A stretch of 60,478 nt of DNA, filler included, from Hausera hauseri (GCA_046269625.1; 10 parts of 10 records of this genome joined end to end with filler, not necessarily neighbours in it), one strand, 5' to 3'. Counted from the first letter of the whole stretch, positions 36,592 through 48,316 are shown. Program-made: numbers and translations. The notes: a model not told the origin generated them from the sequence alone.

Positions 36592-39290
36592 CTATCAGGC
36601 TCTGGACTGTGGCCGTCAGGTGTGATGACGTGACCAAGGAAATGTACCTTTTTCTGAAAGAAGGAACACTTAGAAAAGTTCACTTGCAAATTGTGGTTGT
36701 GCAAGCGTTGGAAAACTAGTCTGAGATATTCTTCATGTTGTTTGGGCGATGCCGATGCGACTGATATGTCATCAATGTATGACTATATAAACGGCAAGCC
36801 TAAAAAAACTGAAACAATGTGTCGTTGGAAAGTTTGTACTGCGTTCTTTAAACCAAACGGCATGAATGCATATTCGAAAAGACCAAAAGGTATTATGATG
36901 GCCGTTTTTGTGATGTCTTCTGGCGCTACCGGTATTTGGTGGTAAACTTTTTTGAGATCTATGGTAGAATAGATTGTTGTCTTGTGTAAAGAATGTAATA
37001 TATCTTTAATCAAAGGTAGAGGGTAAGCGCCCATAATAGGGAAGTTATTAAGTTGGCGATAATCGCCGCATTGACGGAATGTGCCACATTTTTTGGGAAC
37101 GACGTGGAGTGGTGATGCCCAAGGTAATTTCGAGTGTTTTATTATGCCAGCTGCAGAGAATTCCGCTTGGACTGCCGTCGACGGCGTGGTGAAAGTGGGC
37201 TGAGTTTCTGCCTAACGGGCTTAAAATTTTCTGTGATGACATGATGAAACGTCGTGTTAGCCGGTCGAAATGCTGGGTCTTTTTAATAGTATGGAAACAA
37301 GACTTGACAAAATATTGTTGCATTTCTTGGCTGAGCGTAGTAAAGGTTTGATTGACTTAGTGTAGAAAATGGTAGAAATCGGGCCGCCTAAATCGGAATG
37401 CAACAGAAAAGTAGGATTGTTTATGTTGGTTTTATCAATAATGTTTTTATTCACATTGGTTAAAGGTTTCTTCAAAATTGATTTTATAGTTGAGATAGGC
37501 TGCATGATCGGTTGGTTATTTGTAGGGGTCGGCTTTGTTGAACTGCTTTTAATGACCCGACATTGTTTACAATCTACAAGGAGGTTGTAGAAAGATAAGA
37601 AATCAGACCCAAGTATTGGAGATTGTGTGTCGGCAACGATGAATGTCCAATTGAAAATGTCGGAGAATGGTTGTAAAATGAATGAAATGTTCCACGTGCC
37701 GAAAATGCGTAAAGCTAGCCGTTAGCCGTGTGCAATTTTGTGCTAGATGGAAAGATGCATAATGTTTTAATAGATGGTGATAATATAGAAACAGTTGCCC
37801 CAGAGTCAATTAGGAAGTTGATTGATAAATTGGATTCGGAAGTTAGAGGCTTTCAATGTAAAAACTGTATAAGTACGGCTATCATGATGAAAACGTTTGC
37901 CTGTGCCAGCATGTGCCCAAACATCTGGCGGCTTTGAGTTTTTTGGAGGCACAGGATTTATGTTGTTGGAAAGGGTAGGTCGTGATTAATTAAATCGGTT
38001 AACGAAAGTGCAACCTGTAACCCAGTTTTGTGCTTTAAAATGGAATTTATTGTGCTAAATGCAGATAATATCAGACCGTTTTAAATGGGGAGCACAAAAT
38101 CTGCAACCTAAGCAGCATTTAGTCGAGTTCTTTTTGAATTTGGTGTGGTAGTAACACACCACTGATCGTGTGGGTGATCTTGTATGCCTTGAATTTTTAA
38201 ATGAAGTGCGGCTATGGTTCCGATCGAAATGATTTTGTCTAGGCATGGTCAAAGCTTCGATTTTTGACGTGAGTGCAGAAATTGCTTGATGTATGTTGGA
38301 GTTTTCGGCATGTAAAGTATTTATCTGTGAGTTCAGATTAGCTATGTCTCTAGATTGTGGAATTGTTGGTGCTTGTAACGTAGCGGCTACTAATGGGGCT
38401 GCATGTGCATGTAATATCTCGTGGCTTTTGTCAGCCATTTGTACTAGTTTTTGTAGTGATGATGTGTCCTCTACTATGGTCAGCAGCGCACGTATGTCTC
38501 TGGATAAACACCGCAGAAAATACCTTCGTAGTAAATCGGAGTTATTTGATTGATTAACGCCAACGGTACTCAATTGAGTTAGTGAGGTTTGGAGAAATTC
38601 TGAGGGTTTCAATGCGCTTATGGTGTTGTCGTTAAAATATTTATGGATGGTGTCATCCAGAGATGGTTCGGTAATTTTTAAAATCGAGTTAGTGTTTTGT
38701 ATGGGTCACTACTTTGAAAATTTTCCGACAAGTTAGGAAGCTACGATTTAATTTTGGAAGGCAAAAGTATAAGCAAGCTGTTTGCTTTAAGAAACGAGTC
38801 GACAATATTTGACTTAAATCAAGCCGCATAAAAGTCCAACCACGTCCGGCTGGAATGTTGCCTCTCAAGGAAGTATTCTAAGCAAGGTAGGTTTACAGTA
38901 GACGACGGAGGTAGAATTGAATTTAACGGTACACTTACAGTAGGTATGTCGGCAAAGTTTTATTGATCTTTAGAAGATGCTTTTGGATCAGATCCACCTA
39001 GCAGACGGTAGTGTACGATGAGTATAGGTCTTGAAGATGAGTGGGTGTAACTTGTTATAGTGTCAAATTGTCGGAGAAAAATCCATTATAACTAAAGCAA
39101 AAATTAGCGAGTTGTTTTTCGCCGTAACGCATCTGAAAAATTTGCAATTATTGTTGATTTGTGTATGTAGTAGGTTTGCGTATGCTTATTTTCGAATAAT
39201 AATACGAGAAACGAAAATATCACATAGGTCTGGCGTGCAGTGTGGTGCATAAGACATGGCCGCGCCCAAAATCACTAAGTTGTAATGACT
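36592..39290 (-). mobile_element. Degenerate Ty3/gypsy element 5' half (gag, protease, RT)
   Basis: gag 37940-39060 (KPSEFLQTSL..CYYHTKF..KCCLGC); NFLIDSGATVSIL ~37790-37817; RT YPLP..IDLKKVYHQIP..PFGLFEYAFMPFGLKNA (36783-37034); possible LTR end TTACA at ~39281. Confidence 0.9.
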
Positions 39291-39399
39291 GGCCTGAACA
39301 ACAGGTGCTCCATTATTTATAATAGAAGTATAAACAATGAGATAATACGACTTACTGGTATAATCCGATTTCGGAAAACTGGTGTTTCTTGTGCAGTAG

Positions 39400-40466
39400 A
39401 CTACTGTACCCTAGTTCGTCTGTCATTGCAATTTTTTGGTTAGATCCATGCATACATTTCTGACATGTTTGACACAACACTTCAAATCATGTTTGAACAT
39501 AAATCTTGATGTTCTGCCGATTTCGCTGGTTGATTTTTTTTAAGTTCCGAGGCCCAATAATGACCCGACTTAACCAAGGAAATATCCATAAATTCAGTAG
39601 TTTCAGAAGTATAATCCAAAATGAGCTTATGAAGTTTACGCATGGTATTTGCAATGATCAAATAATTTGCTGAATTTTGATTCATAGTTTGACGAATGTA
39701 ATACAGGAGGATTTCCTTTATCTGCGCTGTCAGAGGATGACTGAATAAAATCCATCGAACCTCGAATGGGCTATTTTCACAACAATAATTTACAATTGCG
39801 GTGCAGCCAATATTTTCTGTTAGATATGATTATTCCTCCGTTCTTTCTTTAAAATCCCCGTTCAGAGGTGGATATTTGTAACTGCGAATGTCGTATAATT
39901 TTTCATGAAAATGCTCACATTTCTCGGAATCTAGCCACACCTCTTGCAGCTAGACGAAACCATCATCAATAACCGTATATGCCAAACGAGCTAAAAGCGA
40001 ACTACCATTCCGCGAATAATCAACTGCATCAAATGTTGGTTGACAGTATGCTGACTTCGATATTGCAGAATTAACTGAAACCCCCGAATTGCTATCATTT
40101 GATGGATCTAAATGCACTGGGTAATTTGTTTCGATGCATTTGTTGGAATATTGTGCCACAGCTACCAAAGAAATCCCGCTGAGCTCTGATCTTGGTTTCC
40201 AAATTATCTTCATTGACTTTAATGATACAGATTGTTCTTTTTTTATTGAGTATCATAGATTCGGTGTCAAGTTTCAACAAATCAGAGTATCTCTGAACTA
40301 GCTTTTCGTTACAGTGACTTAAGATTCGATCAATTACGTCCTTATTTAGATTGGACTTAGCAAATGAAGATGTGCTGGGTGATCGAAACAGTTTGTTTCG
40401 GGTTGTACGTGATAAACTGATTGTGCCATTTAAAAGTTTGAGATATTTGTCGCTTATCAGCATCAC
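39400..40466 (-). pseudogene. Frameshifted continuation of the ZFYVE26/spastizin-like segment
   Basis: PTFDAVDYSRNGSSLLARLA and HPLTAQIKEILLYYI...RKLHKLIL resemble spastizin ALAFLKSRSKLLATVA and WPLESCLEILAYCI...RKLAEL (from memory); split over several frames. Confidence 0.5.
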
Positions 40467-43400
40467 AAAACGATTTGTATTTCATCATAAAAGATAAGTT
40501 GCACTGTAACTCAGTGAGTAAACATTCTGGAGTATAAATATTTAATGGTGGACTTGATGCAGTTCCATTAATCATTCCAAAAATAAGTAGCGTCTGTAAC
40601 GTACTTCCATTAACCCTATATCGCTCCTCCAGTTGATTAGCAAGAAATGGTACTGAATTTTTCAAATCAAAATCGCAAAATGTTACATCTGGAATATTAA
40701 GGAAACATTGACTGACTTGATCAATACTAATGTTTCCCAAATTACCAATTTTGTAAGAGAATCCACATTTCAAAAGCTTAGAATTCAGACTCCGATATTT
40801 GAAAGTATTTTTTTCTTCCTGAACTGCTAAAATTAGCATATGGATAACCATAATATTGTGAAGATTTAAAAAGAAAGCTGCTTTCTCTTCATTGGAATTT
40901 AATAAATTCAAATCCACATGAACCAGATCCATTATATCTATTGCTGAAAATGTCTTCCAATCGTCTTCATAATAAACGGTGGATATTGCTTTACAGTTGA
41001 CCTCTAGAATTACCGATGAAGGTTTTACGTAGGCGTTATCGGGTTTTGATAAGTATTTGTAAGAGCTTTTAGTCGATTCTTTTGATTTAGAATTTCGCAA
41101 AGATTCTTTGGCTGAATCCTTTGTTCGTTGACTTGATCCACTAGATGTGGATGAAGCTGTGGAAAATGCTTGAAATGACGACTTTTGTGATTCCCGTTGA
41201 TCTATTATAAGCGTCGTATCGCCGTCATAAAATGGTAAATCTGACAGATTTGAAAGAGAAGAATTTTTCATTAATAATTTGATAATCGTTTTCAAACAAT
41301 TAGTGACAACTGTCAAAGGATTCAATGTAGTTTCAGAATCAATGACTTCAGCAGGAACATTGTATACAAAGTTTTGATAAAACCGATGAGATTCAGCAGA
41401 AGAATTATCAATTGTCTCAATGCAGCTGATATGCGGAAGGCAATTTCCAAGAATAACTTCGGAAACATTTAATCCCAATTCTAAACATAATTGTTGTATT
41501 TCAGTGCTTTTAGGACTAATTGATTTGAGTGGAGATGTTTTTAATAAACTAAATTCGTGACGTAATTGGGGTGCTGTACTATTTGATACATTTTTATGTT
41601 TTCTTAAGAATGTTACAAACGTTTCAAGATGCACATTTAACAAGTCCAAATACAAATGAAAATCCCGACGCAAATACCTGTACGGAACATTATCAATTTC
41701 AACAAGCACACAATTTTCCTTAATAAATTGTATGAGAATTAGAAGAGAATCCCAACGACTGTCAGAATCCGAATTGAGATCTCTATTATTAACACTCTCA
41801 GTAATATTCGAATTTAAAGACATGAAATTGAATCGAAGTTCATTGGACCACTTTTGGAAACTGACGGAATATTTCTGATCGACAATGGAATGTAGTTCCA
41901 AATCGGCATATGTTATGTGATCACTTTCGTCAATATTTGCAAAGCATTCCTTAAGCTGTTTAATGACAGGACTCAACCCAACGTATCGGTGGTATTGTAA
42001 CTGATCCGAAGATTTTAAAACCTGATCATTTAAATGGGGAACATCTAGCGACTGTAAATGTAAATCAATTTTTTTCAACATCTTTAAGAATTGCCATCTC
42101 GTTTTCGAACCGCAGATCATAATGTCAAATAGAAGACCAGCATCAAATAATATCTGGTCGGTATTTAATTTCGTTGCATTCAATTCTGAATTCTTGAGAG
42201 TTGGCCTGTCTTTCGAACTCAATGTCAATAGCCTGTTTGCAAACTCAGCTATTTCATTTTCCGTTTTCGACGCTAATTTTCGATTCAAATTTGAAATATC
42301 ACCCCAATTAAAATGACCGAACTCAGTTGATTTTGATTCAGTGTAATCGGTTTCAGAATTTTGCAGTACACCATCTGGTGGTTTAAGAGCACTAAGATTT
42401 TCTCTGAAGTTTTCAAAAGTGTCTCTATATTTGATTTCCGGTAACAAAACTTGCAATGATTCAATCGGTTTTGGTGAAACATTATTATTCACCACGGGTG
42501 GGGGGACACACGATGGAGCTAAAGATCTAAATACATTAACTCGAATAGCTTCACTGAGACCAAATCGGACGCAACCGATCATTTTATCCTTCATTGTAGG
42601 CATGTATAAATTAACTGTCTTTATGATAAAATCAATGAGAGTAATACTCACATTGGAATACTTGGTAAGGTTATGCATAATGGCCAAAATGGCAGGTTCA
42701 ATATCCATAATACAATCGTATTTGCTATCATAAAATAACCAGTCATAAATGAGCGCTAATTTACAATTGGCAACAACTGTTGATGACGAAGCCTGGACAA
42801 TTAACCAGGATATTGTCGCCCATTGAGAAATCAATGTAGACCCGATCATTTCGTTATCGGGATAAAAATAACGAATAATGTATCGAATCAAAAACGGTCG
42901 GAGATTTTGACTTTCCGGTGTAGAAAAGAATCTTTTGCTAATGAAATCCTGATATTTCTTGTATGGATTTGATGAACAGTGATGGACATTTCTCATCGTC
43001 CATAAAATCCATGCTTCCATATCATATTGTATTGATGTAGATATGATGTTTTTATTAGTTCCAATGCTAAATATATCACTGACATTGGTAAACTGGTTAG
43101 ACATCGATTCAATATTCTGGCAAATATCGTTCCAAAGACCTTTAAACTCTGGAATATTGGACACCTGTTGAATCATAAACATCATATCTCTCCCACCCGG
43201 TTTAAAACACTCATCAAAATTGTTTTTAATGATGTCCAAAACTAAATTGATTTCTTTTCGACATAAACGAGCAAGAGTATTGTTGGGAGTATGCGACAAT
43301 AATTTTCGGTCTTTAATAATTGGCTCTTTATATTCTTCGATGAGATTGAGCATGTTTTCTATTAGCCATAAATTTGATTGTGTTAAATCACCCGATATCA

Positions 43401-46400
43401 TCCGTTTAAATGCAGAACTAAATAAATTTTCAGCCCATGGAGTGTTTAATAAATCTATCAAAAGATTGAGAATATTTGATCGCACGTCATTAGTAATTCG
43501 ATTCCAATATTTGATTTCCGTTAACAAATCTTCAAAAAGATCATTGGTTGGTGTCGATTTAAAAGTTTGTACTATATCACCGGCTTTATTCTTGAACCCA
43601 TAAAGTAGTGTTTTCATGGTTAAATATTCAATAGGCTCGACAATCCATTGCATACACATAAAAAGGTGATGACTCATTCTTTTACTTTGAAATCGTTTAG
43701 CTTGAGTCTTCATATGGATATAAAGTTTATTTCGATCATTATTACTGCAATTATCACATTCACAGCTTTTTACCATACCACAATAGGTTTTATCAAAATG
43801 CTCGCCAAAATAACCAAGAACCTGAGATCGTCTACAGTCAATTGAATTGTCACAGAAAAAGGCCATTTCATAAAGTAACATGAAATTCTGACATTTAAAT
43901 TCAGGCGTACCGTTACTCATATTTAATAATGTTTTCCATGTTAATATGTCCGACCAATTGTAGTACAGCACACAAACAGCTGGAAGACCATCTCTTCCAG
44001 CACGTCCTGTTTCTTGATAATATCCTTCCAACGATTTAGGTACCGAATGGTGAATAACGAATCTCACGTCTGGTTTATCAATACCCATACCAAATGCAAT
44101 TGTAGCACAAACAATTTTACAATCGCGTTCGTTTAGCCACATTTTCTGAATTGTTTTCCGTTGAACATTAGTCATACCTGCATGGTACGGCTGGGATTTG
44201 AGACCAGCTTTTTCTAACTTGTCAGACACAATGTGACAGGCTTGACGACTCAGGCAATACACAATTCCACTCTGATCGTGGAATTTCGTTTTAATCAAAT
44301 GAATTATTTCTTTCATACAGTCACGAGATTTTTGATGAATCTCCCACCGTAAATTTGGTCTATTAAAACTTTGGATGAACCATTTGGCGTTTCTCATTTT
44401 CAATTGAACGATTATATCTTGTCGAACTTTTCTTGTAGCTGTGGCAGTCAAAGCCAAAATCGGAACGGTTGGAAATCGTTCACGTAGACATCGCAAGCTG
44501 CCGTGATCCGGCCTAAAATCATGACCCCACATACTGATACAATACGCTTCATCGATAACAAATCGATCGAGGAGATTTCGCTTGTACAGCGATTGAAAAA
44601 TTTGTAACACCCGTTGACAAGCTACAATCTTCTCTGGAGTAATATAAATCAATTTAATATCCATTTTGTCACTTTGGAGAATGTCTAGAACAGTATTCAC
44701 TTCCTTTGTAGATACATCTGAAGTTAAGGATTTCGCGTTAATGTCAAAACTCTGAAGTTTCATCAATTGATCGTGAACCAAGGACTTTAGAGGAGAAATT
44801 ACGACGGTGAGACCATCGGTTACAATACTTGGTAGTTGATAAAACAAAATTTTTCCACCACCAGTCGGCATCAAAACGAATGTATCGAACTTTAACAAAA
44901 CCGAATTGATTGCCGCCCGTTGATTTCGACGGAAATATTTTAAACCGAAAACCTCTCGAAATGCTTGCATCATTTTCGGAGTATGGGGAAAATCTTTAGA
45001 GAATTCACCAGTTTCACCATCGTTTGGATGTTCTTCTATTGAAGTAGCTGCATGATTGCACTGACTAACATTTGTCCATCGATTTTTGGTAATGGGCACA
45101 AACGTGTCACCATCCATATTAGCGCTTCGCTTTGTATTTTTCAATGAAATTTCTTCAAAGTCTTTTAACATGAACGAATTGAAAATAGAATCGTTTTCCC
45201 AACAGTCTTCATTTTTCAGTTTTGTTGACGTATTGGAAGAAAATGTATTGAACGTTTGTCCGAGAATGGCGATCAATGAATTATTCAAATCGAAATCGAA
45301 TGGTTGCGAATGACTCGTAAAAAACTGATCTAAAGTGTCCAAAATAATCAAATAATTCTGAACTGCTACGGAATTTTTCATGAACAGCATCCAACACATA
45401 TTGAAACTTAAAATTTTGAGAACTGTTTTGGAAAATCGATAGCCTTTTGTTTCTTCAAAATTATTGGAGCGAGAAGTACAACTGTAGAATCGTTTTTCCA
45501 AGCTAATAAGACTCATCAAAATTTTTGCCATTTTCTTAGACGTTGTTCTGTCTCCACGAACAAGATGTTGATAAATCATTGATTCCAAATACGCTGTGAC
45601 GGTAATAAGTAATTTTAAAACTTTCTCACTCCTCGGTTTTAGATCATTTAAGTACATCACTATTATAATATCGAGACTGCATCGAATAACCAATGGTTTT
45701 GGTACTTTTGATACCGTTTTACCAACCATTACTTTTAATAATCGTTTGTGGAATTTCGGATTCCTTAATATTGCCAGTCGCTGTGATCTTTCATTATGGA
45801 CCGAGAGAGATGGTTTGATGAATTTACGTAGCGCAATTGACAGAGATTTAATATGGAAGAACGAGGCATCGCATTTACCGTATTCAGATTCTTTAGCACA
45901 TGAATCGGGAGAACCAAGTGAAACCCCACTAGATTTTGAAGGCAACGCTCTCAATTTAATGTAAATTGCATAGTGTCTGGATCTGGACTTAATCAATTCT
46001 GTACTGGTCATTGGTAAAAATATCGGAGTTGTCGCTATTTCGTATTGAATGAAATCCAACACTTGATTCAGCCGATCAGCAAAATCTTCCTGTTCGACAA
46101 CGAGCAATTCCGGAATTGCAGGGTTGACAATCGAAATTGGACTATCTGTCTTGTCCAACAATTTACTTTGAGGTTTAAATGAATTAAGATCACATGGAAC
46201 AGAATCCCCAGAGTGATGGAGAGTCGTCGATTTCTTTTCATTGCGCTTATCCGGTACAATGGAGTAGAAGGCTAATTCAACATTTTCAGACATGAGACAC
46301 ATTCGATCCATGTCAGCAAACACCATTATGCTCAATAATGATTCCGGAAGTTCTTTATTTGAAAGAATTTTCATACCTAATTCAGCCATTGATTTTAAAA

Positions 46401-46656
46401 CACAATCCGGACTGGAAAAATTAGTTGATAACGAATATAAAAACAGTTCATTTCCAAAAGTGATGAATAAAAAATTAAAGGATTTATTCGAAACGGTTTT
46501 AACGATAGAAAGTATAACTCCGGAAGGTTGTGTTTCGTCGGCATTTGTCGTGCTAGACGATTCGGAACAATTTGACTCGAGGAGATCAATGTTTATCTGA
46601 CACCAATTTAGATGAAACGCAAATTTCTCATTATATTCCATCGGATAGACTAACAA
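40357..46656 (-). CDS. Intronless 2099-aa mosaic ORF: BIRC6-like, BLM-type RecQ core with RQC Zn finger, INTS3 N-terminal domain, ZFYVE26-like/DUF547
   Basis: RecQ: FREVFGLKYFRRNQ, MPTGGGK, DEAY, WGHDFRPD, ATIAFGMGIDKPDVR, YYQETGRAGRDG, CRR..YFGE..CDNC. INTS3: GRD..VSNIPEF, FSTPESQNLR, KLALIYDWLFYD, IMDIEPAIL. DUF547: EKAAFFLNLHN, GTASSPPL. BIRC6-like: ERSQRLAILRNPKFHKRLL, GDRTTSKKMAKIL. Confidence 0.88.
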   Translation of the reverse strand: MLVYPMEYNEKFAFHLNWCQINIDLLESNCSESSSTTNADETQPSGVILSIVKTVSNKSFNFLFITFGNELFLYSLSTNFSSPDCVLKSMAELGMKILSNKELPESLLSIMVFADMDRMCLMSENVELAFYSIVPDKRNEKKSTTLHHSGDSVPCDLNSFKPQSKLLDKTDSPISIVNPAIPELLVVEQEDFADRLNQVLDFIQYEIATTPIFLPMTSTELIKSRSRHYAIYIKLRALPSKSSGVSLGSPDSCAKESEYGKCDASFFHIKSLSIALRKFIKPSLSVHNERSQRLAILRNPKFHKRLLKVMVGKTVSKVPKPLVIRCSLDIIIVMYLNDLKPRSEKVLKLLITVTAYLESMIYQHLVRGDRTTSKKMAKILMSLISLEKRFYSCTSRSNNFEETKGYRFSKTVLKILSFNMCWMLFMKNSVAVQNYLIILDTLDQFFTSHSQPFDFDLNNSLIAILGQTFNTFSSNTSTKLKNEDCWENDSIFNSFMLKDFEEISLKNTKRSANMDGDTFVPITKNRWTNVSQCNHAATSIEEHPNDGETGEFSKDFPHTPKMMQAFREVFGLKYFRRNQRAAINSVLLKFDTFVLMPTGGGKILFYQLPSIVTDGLTVVISPLKSLVHDQLMKLQSFDINAKSLTSDVSTKEVNTVLDILQSDKMDIKLIYITPEKIVACQRVLQIFQSLYKRNLLDRFVIDEAYCISMWGHDFRPDHGSLRCLRERFPTVPILALTATATRKVRQDIIVQLKMRNAKWFIQSFNRPNLRWEIHQKSRDCMKEIIHLIKTKFHDQSGIVYCLSRQACHIVSDKLEKAGLKSQPYHAGMTNVQRKTIQKMWLNERDCKIVCATIAFGMGIDKPDVRFVIHHSVPKSLEGYYQETGRAGRDGLPAVCVLYYNWSDILTWKTLLNMSNGTPEFKCQNFMLLYEMAFFCDNSIDCRRSQVLGYFGEHFDKTYCGMVKSCECDNCSNNDRNKLYIHMKTQAKRFQSKRMSHHLFMCMQWIVEPIEYLTMKTLLYGFKNKAGDIVQTFKSTPTNDLFEDLLTEIKYWNRITNDVRSNILNLLIDLLNTPWAENLFSSAFKRMISGDLTQSNLWLIENMLNLIEEYKEPIIKDRKLLSHTPNNTLARLCRKEINLVLDIIKNNFDECFKPGGRDMMFMIQQVSNIPEFKGLWNDICQNIESMSNQFTNVSDIFSIGTNKNIISTSIQYDMEAWILWTMRNVHHCSSNPYKKYQDFISKRFFSTPESQNLRPFLIRYIIRYFYPDNEMIGSTLISQWATISWLIVQASSSTVVANCKLALIYDWLFYDSKYDCIMDIEPAILAIMHNLTKYSNVSITLIDFIIKTVNLYMPTMKDKMIGCVRFGLSEAIRVNVFRSLAPSCVPPPVVNNNVSPKPIESLQVLLPEIKYRDTFENFRENLSALKPPDGVLQNSETDYTESKSTEFGHFNWGDISNLNRKLASKTENEIAEFANRLLTLSSKDRPTLKNSELNATKLNTDQILFDAGLLFDIMICGSKTRWQFLKMLKKIDLHLQSLDVPHLNDQVLKSSDQLQYHRYVGLSPVIKQLKECFANIDESDHITYADLELHSIVDQKYSVSFQKWSNELRFNFMSLNSNITESVNNRDLNSDSDSRWDSLLILIQFIKENCVLVEIDNVPYRYLRRDFHLYLDLLNVHLETFVTFLRKHKNVSNSTAPQLRHEFSLLKTSPLKSISPKSTEIQQLCLELGLNVSEVILGNCLPHISCIETIDNSSAESHRFYQNFVYNVPAEVIDSETTLNPLTVVTNCLKTIIKLLMKNSSLSNLSDLPFYDGDTTLIIDQRESQKSSFQAFSTASSTSSGSSQRTKDSAKESLRNSKSKESTKSSYKYLSKPDNAYVKPSSVILEVNCKAISTVYYEDDWKTFSAIDIMDLVHVDLNLLNSNEEKAAFFLNLHNIMVIHMLILAVQEEKNTFKYRSLNSKLLKCGFSYKIGNLGNISIDQVSQCFLNIPDVTFCDFDLKNSVPFLANQLEERYRVNGSTLQTLLIFGMINGTASSPPLNIYTPECLLTELQCNLSFMMKYKSFCDADKRQISQTFKWHNQFITYNPKQTVSITQHIFIC

Positions 46657-46671
46657 TGAATAACAAATTGT

Positions 46672-47270
46672 TGTAGTTCAAAACACAAATTGACTTTATT
46701 TATTGATTGATTCTTGAATACAATATTTTTATATTTAACACTAAAGCTGAATGTTCTCTTTGTTTGTCTTCTGAAACAAATAAAAATCTTCCAGTGTGGC
46801 CGAAGCCAAATCTGTGCAAAAAGTCTCATCTGGCAGCGACACCAAGCCGTCCAGAGAAATGTAGCCGGGCTGGGTCGGGTCATATTGAGCCTTTCCAAGA
46901 TACTCCAGAAACAGGTGGCGCTCTCTGAGACGCAAGAACTTAGTGTTGAGCACCTAAATGCAGAAAGTGGAGTGTTATTTCTAAATTTAGATTAAAAAAT
47001 CAGTTTCAATAGACACTAAATGTACAGAGGAAATGAGAGATATAGGACACTGTAGTTGATTTGCCTGTCAGCAGAGTTAGACTTAGTTCTTGAAGTGCAG
47101 AAAAGGACAACAGTAATGCTACAGTCTTATAATTGTGCATCTTGCTTGTAGTCTGTGGCTTTAGTATGCATCCGTGGTCATTTTCTGGAGTGGCCATTCA
47201 CAGCCTAGTGATTAGTAAATGAAGTAAAGTTATTAAAATAAGGAAAAGAAAATGCACAGAATGTATTACA
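46672..47270 (-). repeat. Possible LTR-like element immediately upstream of the mosaic ORF
   Basis: Minus strand ends AATAAATAAAG...ACTACA at 46672 and may begin TGTAAT at 47270; no matching target-site duplication. Confidence 0.3.
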
Positions 47271-47591
47271 ATAGGCAAGATTATTTCATATCCATGGGAC
47301 GCTGAGACTTTAGATTGTTATCACGATCTTAGCCAGGGCCAGGAACCAACATACAGGCCAAGATCTTTCAACACTTCACGCAGTGTGTCCTGGAAACAGA
47401 AGCAATTCTGGCTAACGTTGGTAGGATCGTCATGGTCCCCAGTTGAGAGATGAATCACTTCTAGGAGGCCAAGCATTGCACTAAAGTCTGGAGGACTTCG
47501 GTTCACCCTACTAGACTCCACTGGGACAGAAGGAATGCTCAACACAACTGCTCCAGAGTCCTTCTTAGTCCCTTATCAGGGCTTATCCGGA

Positions 47592-47691
47592 NNNNNNNNN
47601 NNNNNNNNNNNNNNNNNNNNNNNNNNNNNNNNNNNTTAATTAATTAANNNNNNNNNNNNNNNNNNNNNNNNNNNNNNNNNNNNNNNNNNNN
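47592..47691. other. Artificial contig linker
   Basis: 44N-TTAATTAATTAA-44N. Confidence 0.99.
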
Positions 47692-48148
47692 ATGAATTGA
47701 ATTATGTCGAGTTGGAGAATTACAGGCAACAGTTTAATTGTAAAATTAATGTAATTGCTGATGACACAGATAGTTTTTTCTCGAGTGCCGTGGTGTCAAT
47801 TTGCGTAACCAACAATTACCAGCAATGATAACTAATGAGCAGCTTGATACTTCCAATTGTGATATTAACGACCCCTTTTACTCTTCACGTTTCGCAACAG
47901 TGATAGGAAAATTCAAAGATGAGAGTAAGGGGTCAGTAGAGTATAAAGAGGGTATTTTCCTACGACCAAAGTCTTATGCCCTGAAAACACAGTCTAAATC
48001 AATTATAAAATGTAAAGGTGTAAATCTGAGACAGACAGATTTACAGTATGAGAACTACATTAAGGCCTATGAAACTGGATGTTGGACAATGGTTAACCAG
48101 GAAAGAATTGGCACAAAGCACACTATCATTCTCGTGATCATTGATTAA
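47692..48148 (+). pseudogene. C-terminal fragment of protein-primed PolB (same family as contigs B and D)
   Basis: INVIADDTDSFF (frameshift) LDTSN..IGKFKDES..FLRPKSY..KCKGV; homology stops after GTKH (~48120), before the terminal DDKR-type motif. Confidence 0.88.
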
Positions 48149-48316
48149 TGAAACCTCAGGAGGAGGTATATTTATGCTCAAAGCTTGAGGTAGAGCCGTA
48201 CTGTGATAAACATTGTCATTTACATTCTGTATCTAAAATTACAATAATATTAGAACAAAATAATAACTAAAAACCTCATTAAAATTCTGGGCCAATCTCC
48301 GAAAATCCACTCTGTT

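Noticed and set aside
42122-46600. Plus-strand ORFs overlapping the 2099-aa ORF
   Set aside because: Antisense shadows of a long coding frame with no recognisable motifs
48245-48253. TAATATTAG as a geminivirus nonanucleotide
   Set aside because: Wrong last base, not in a hairpin loop, and in very AT-rich sequence
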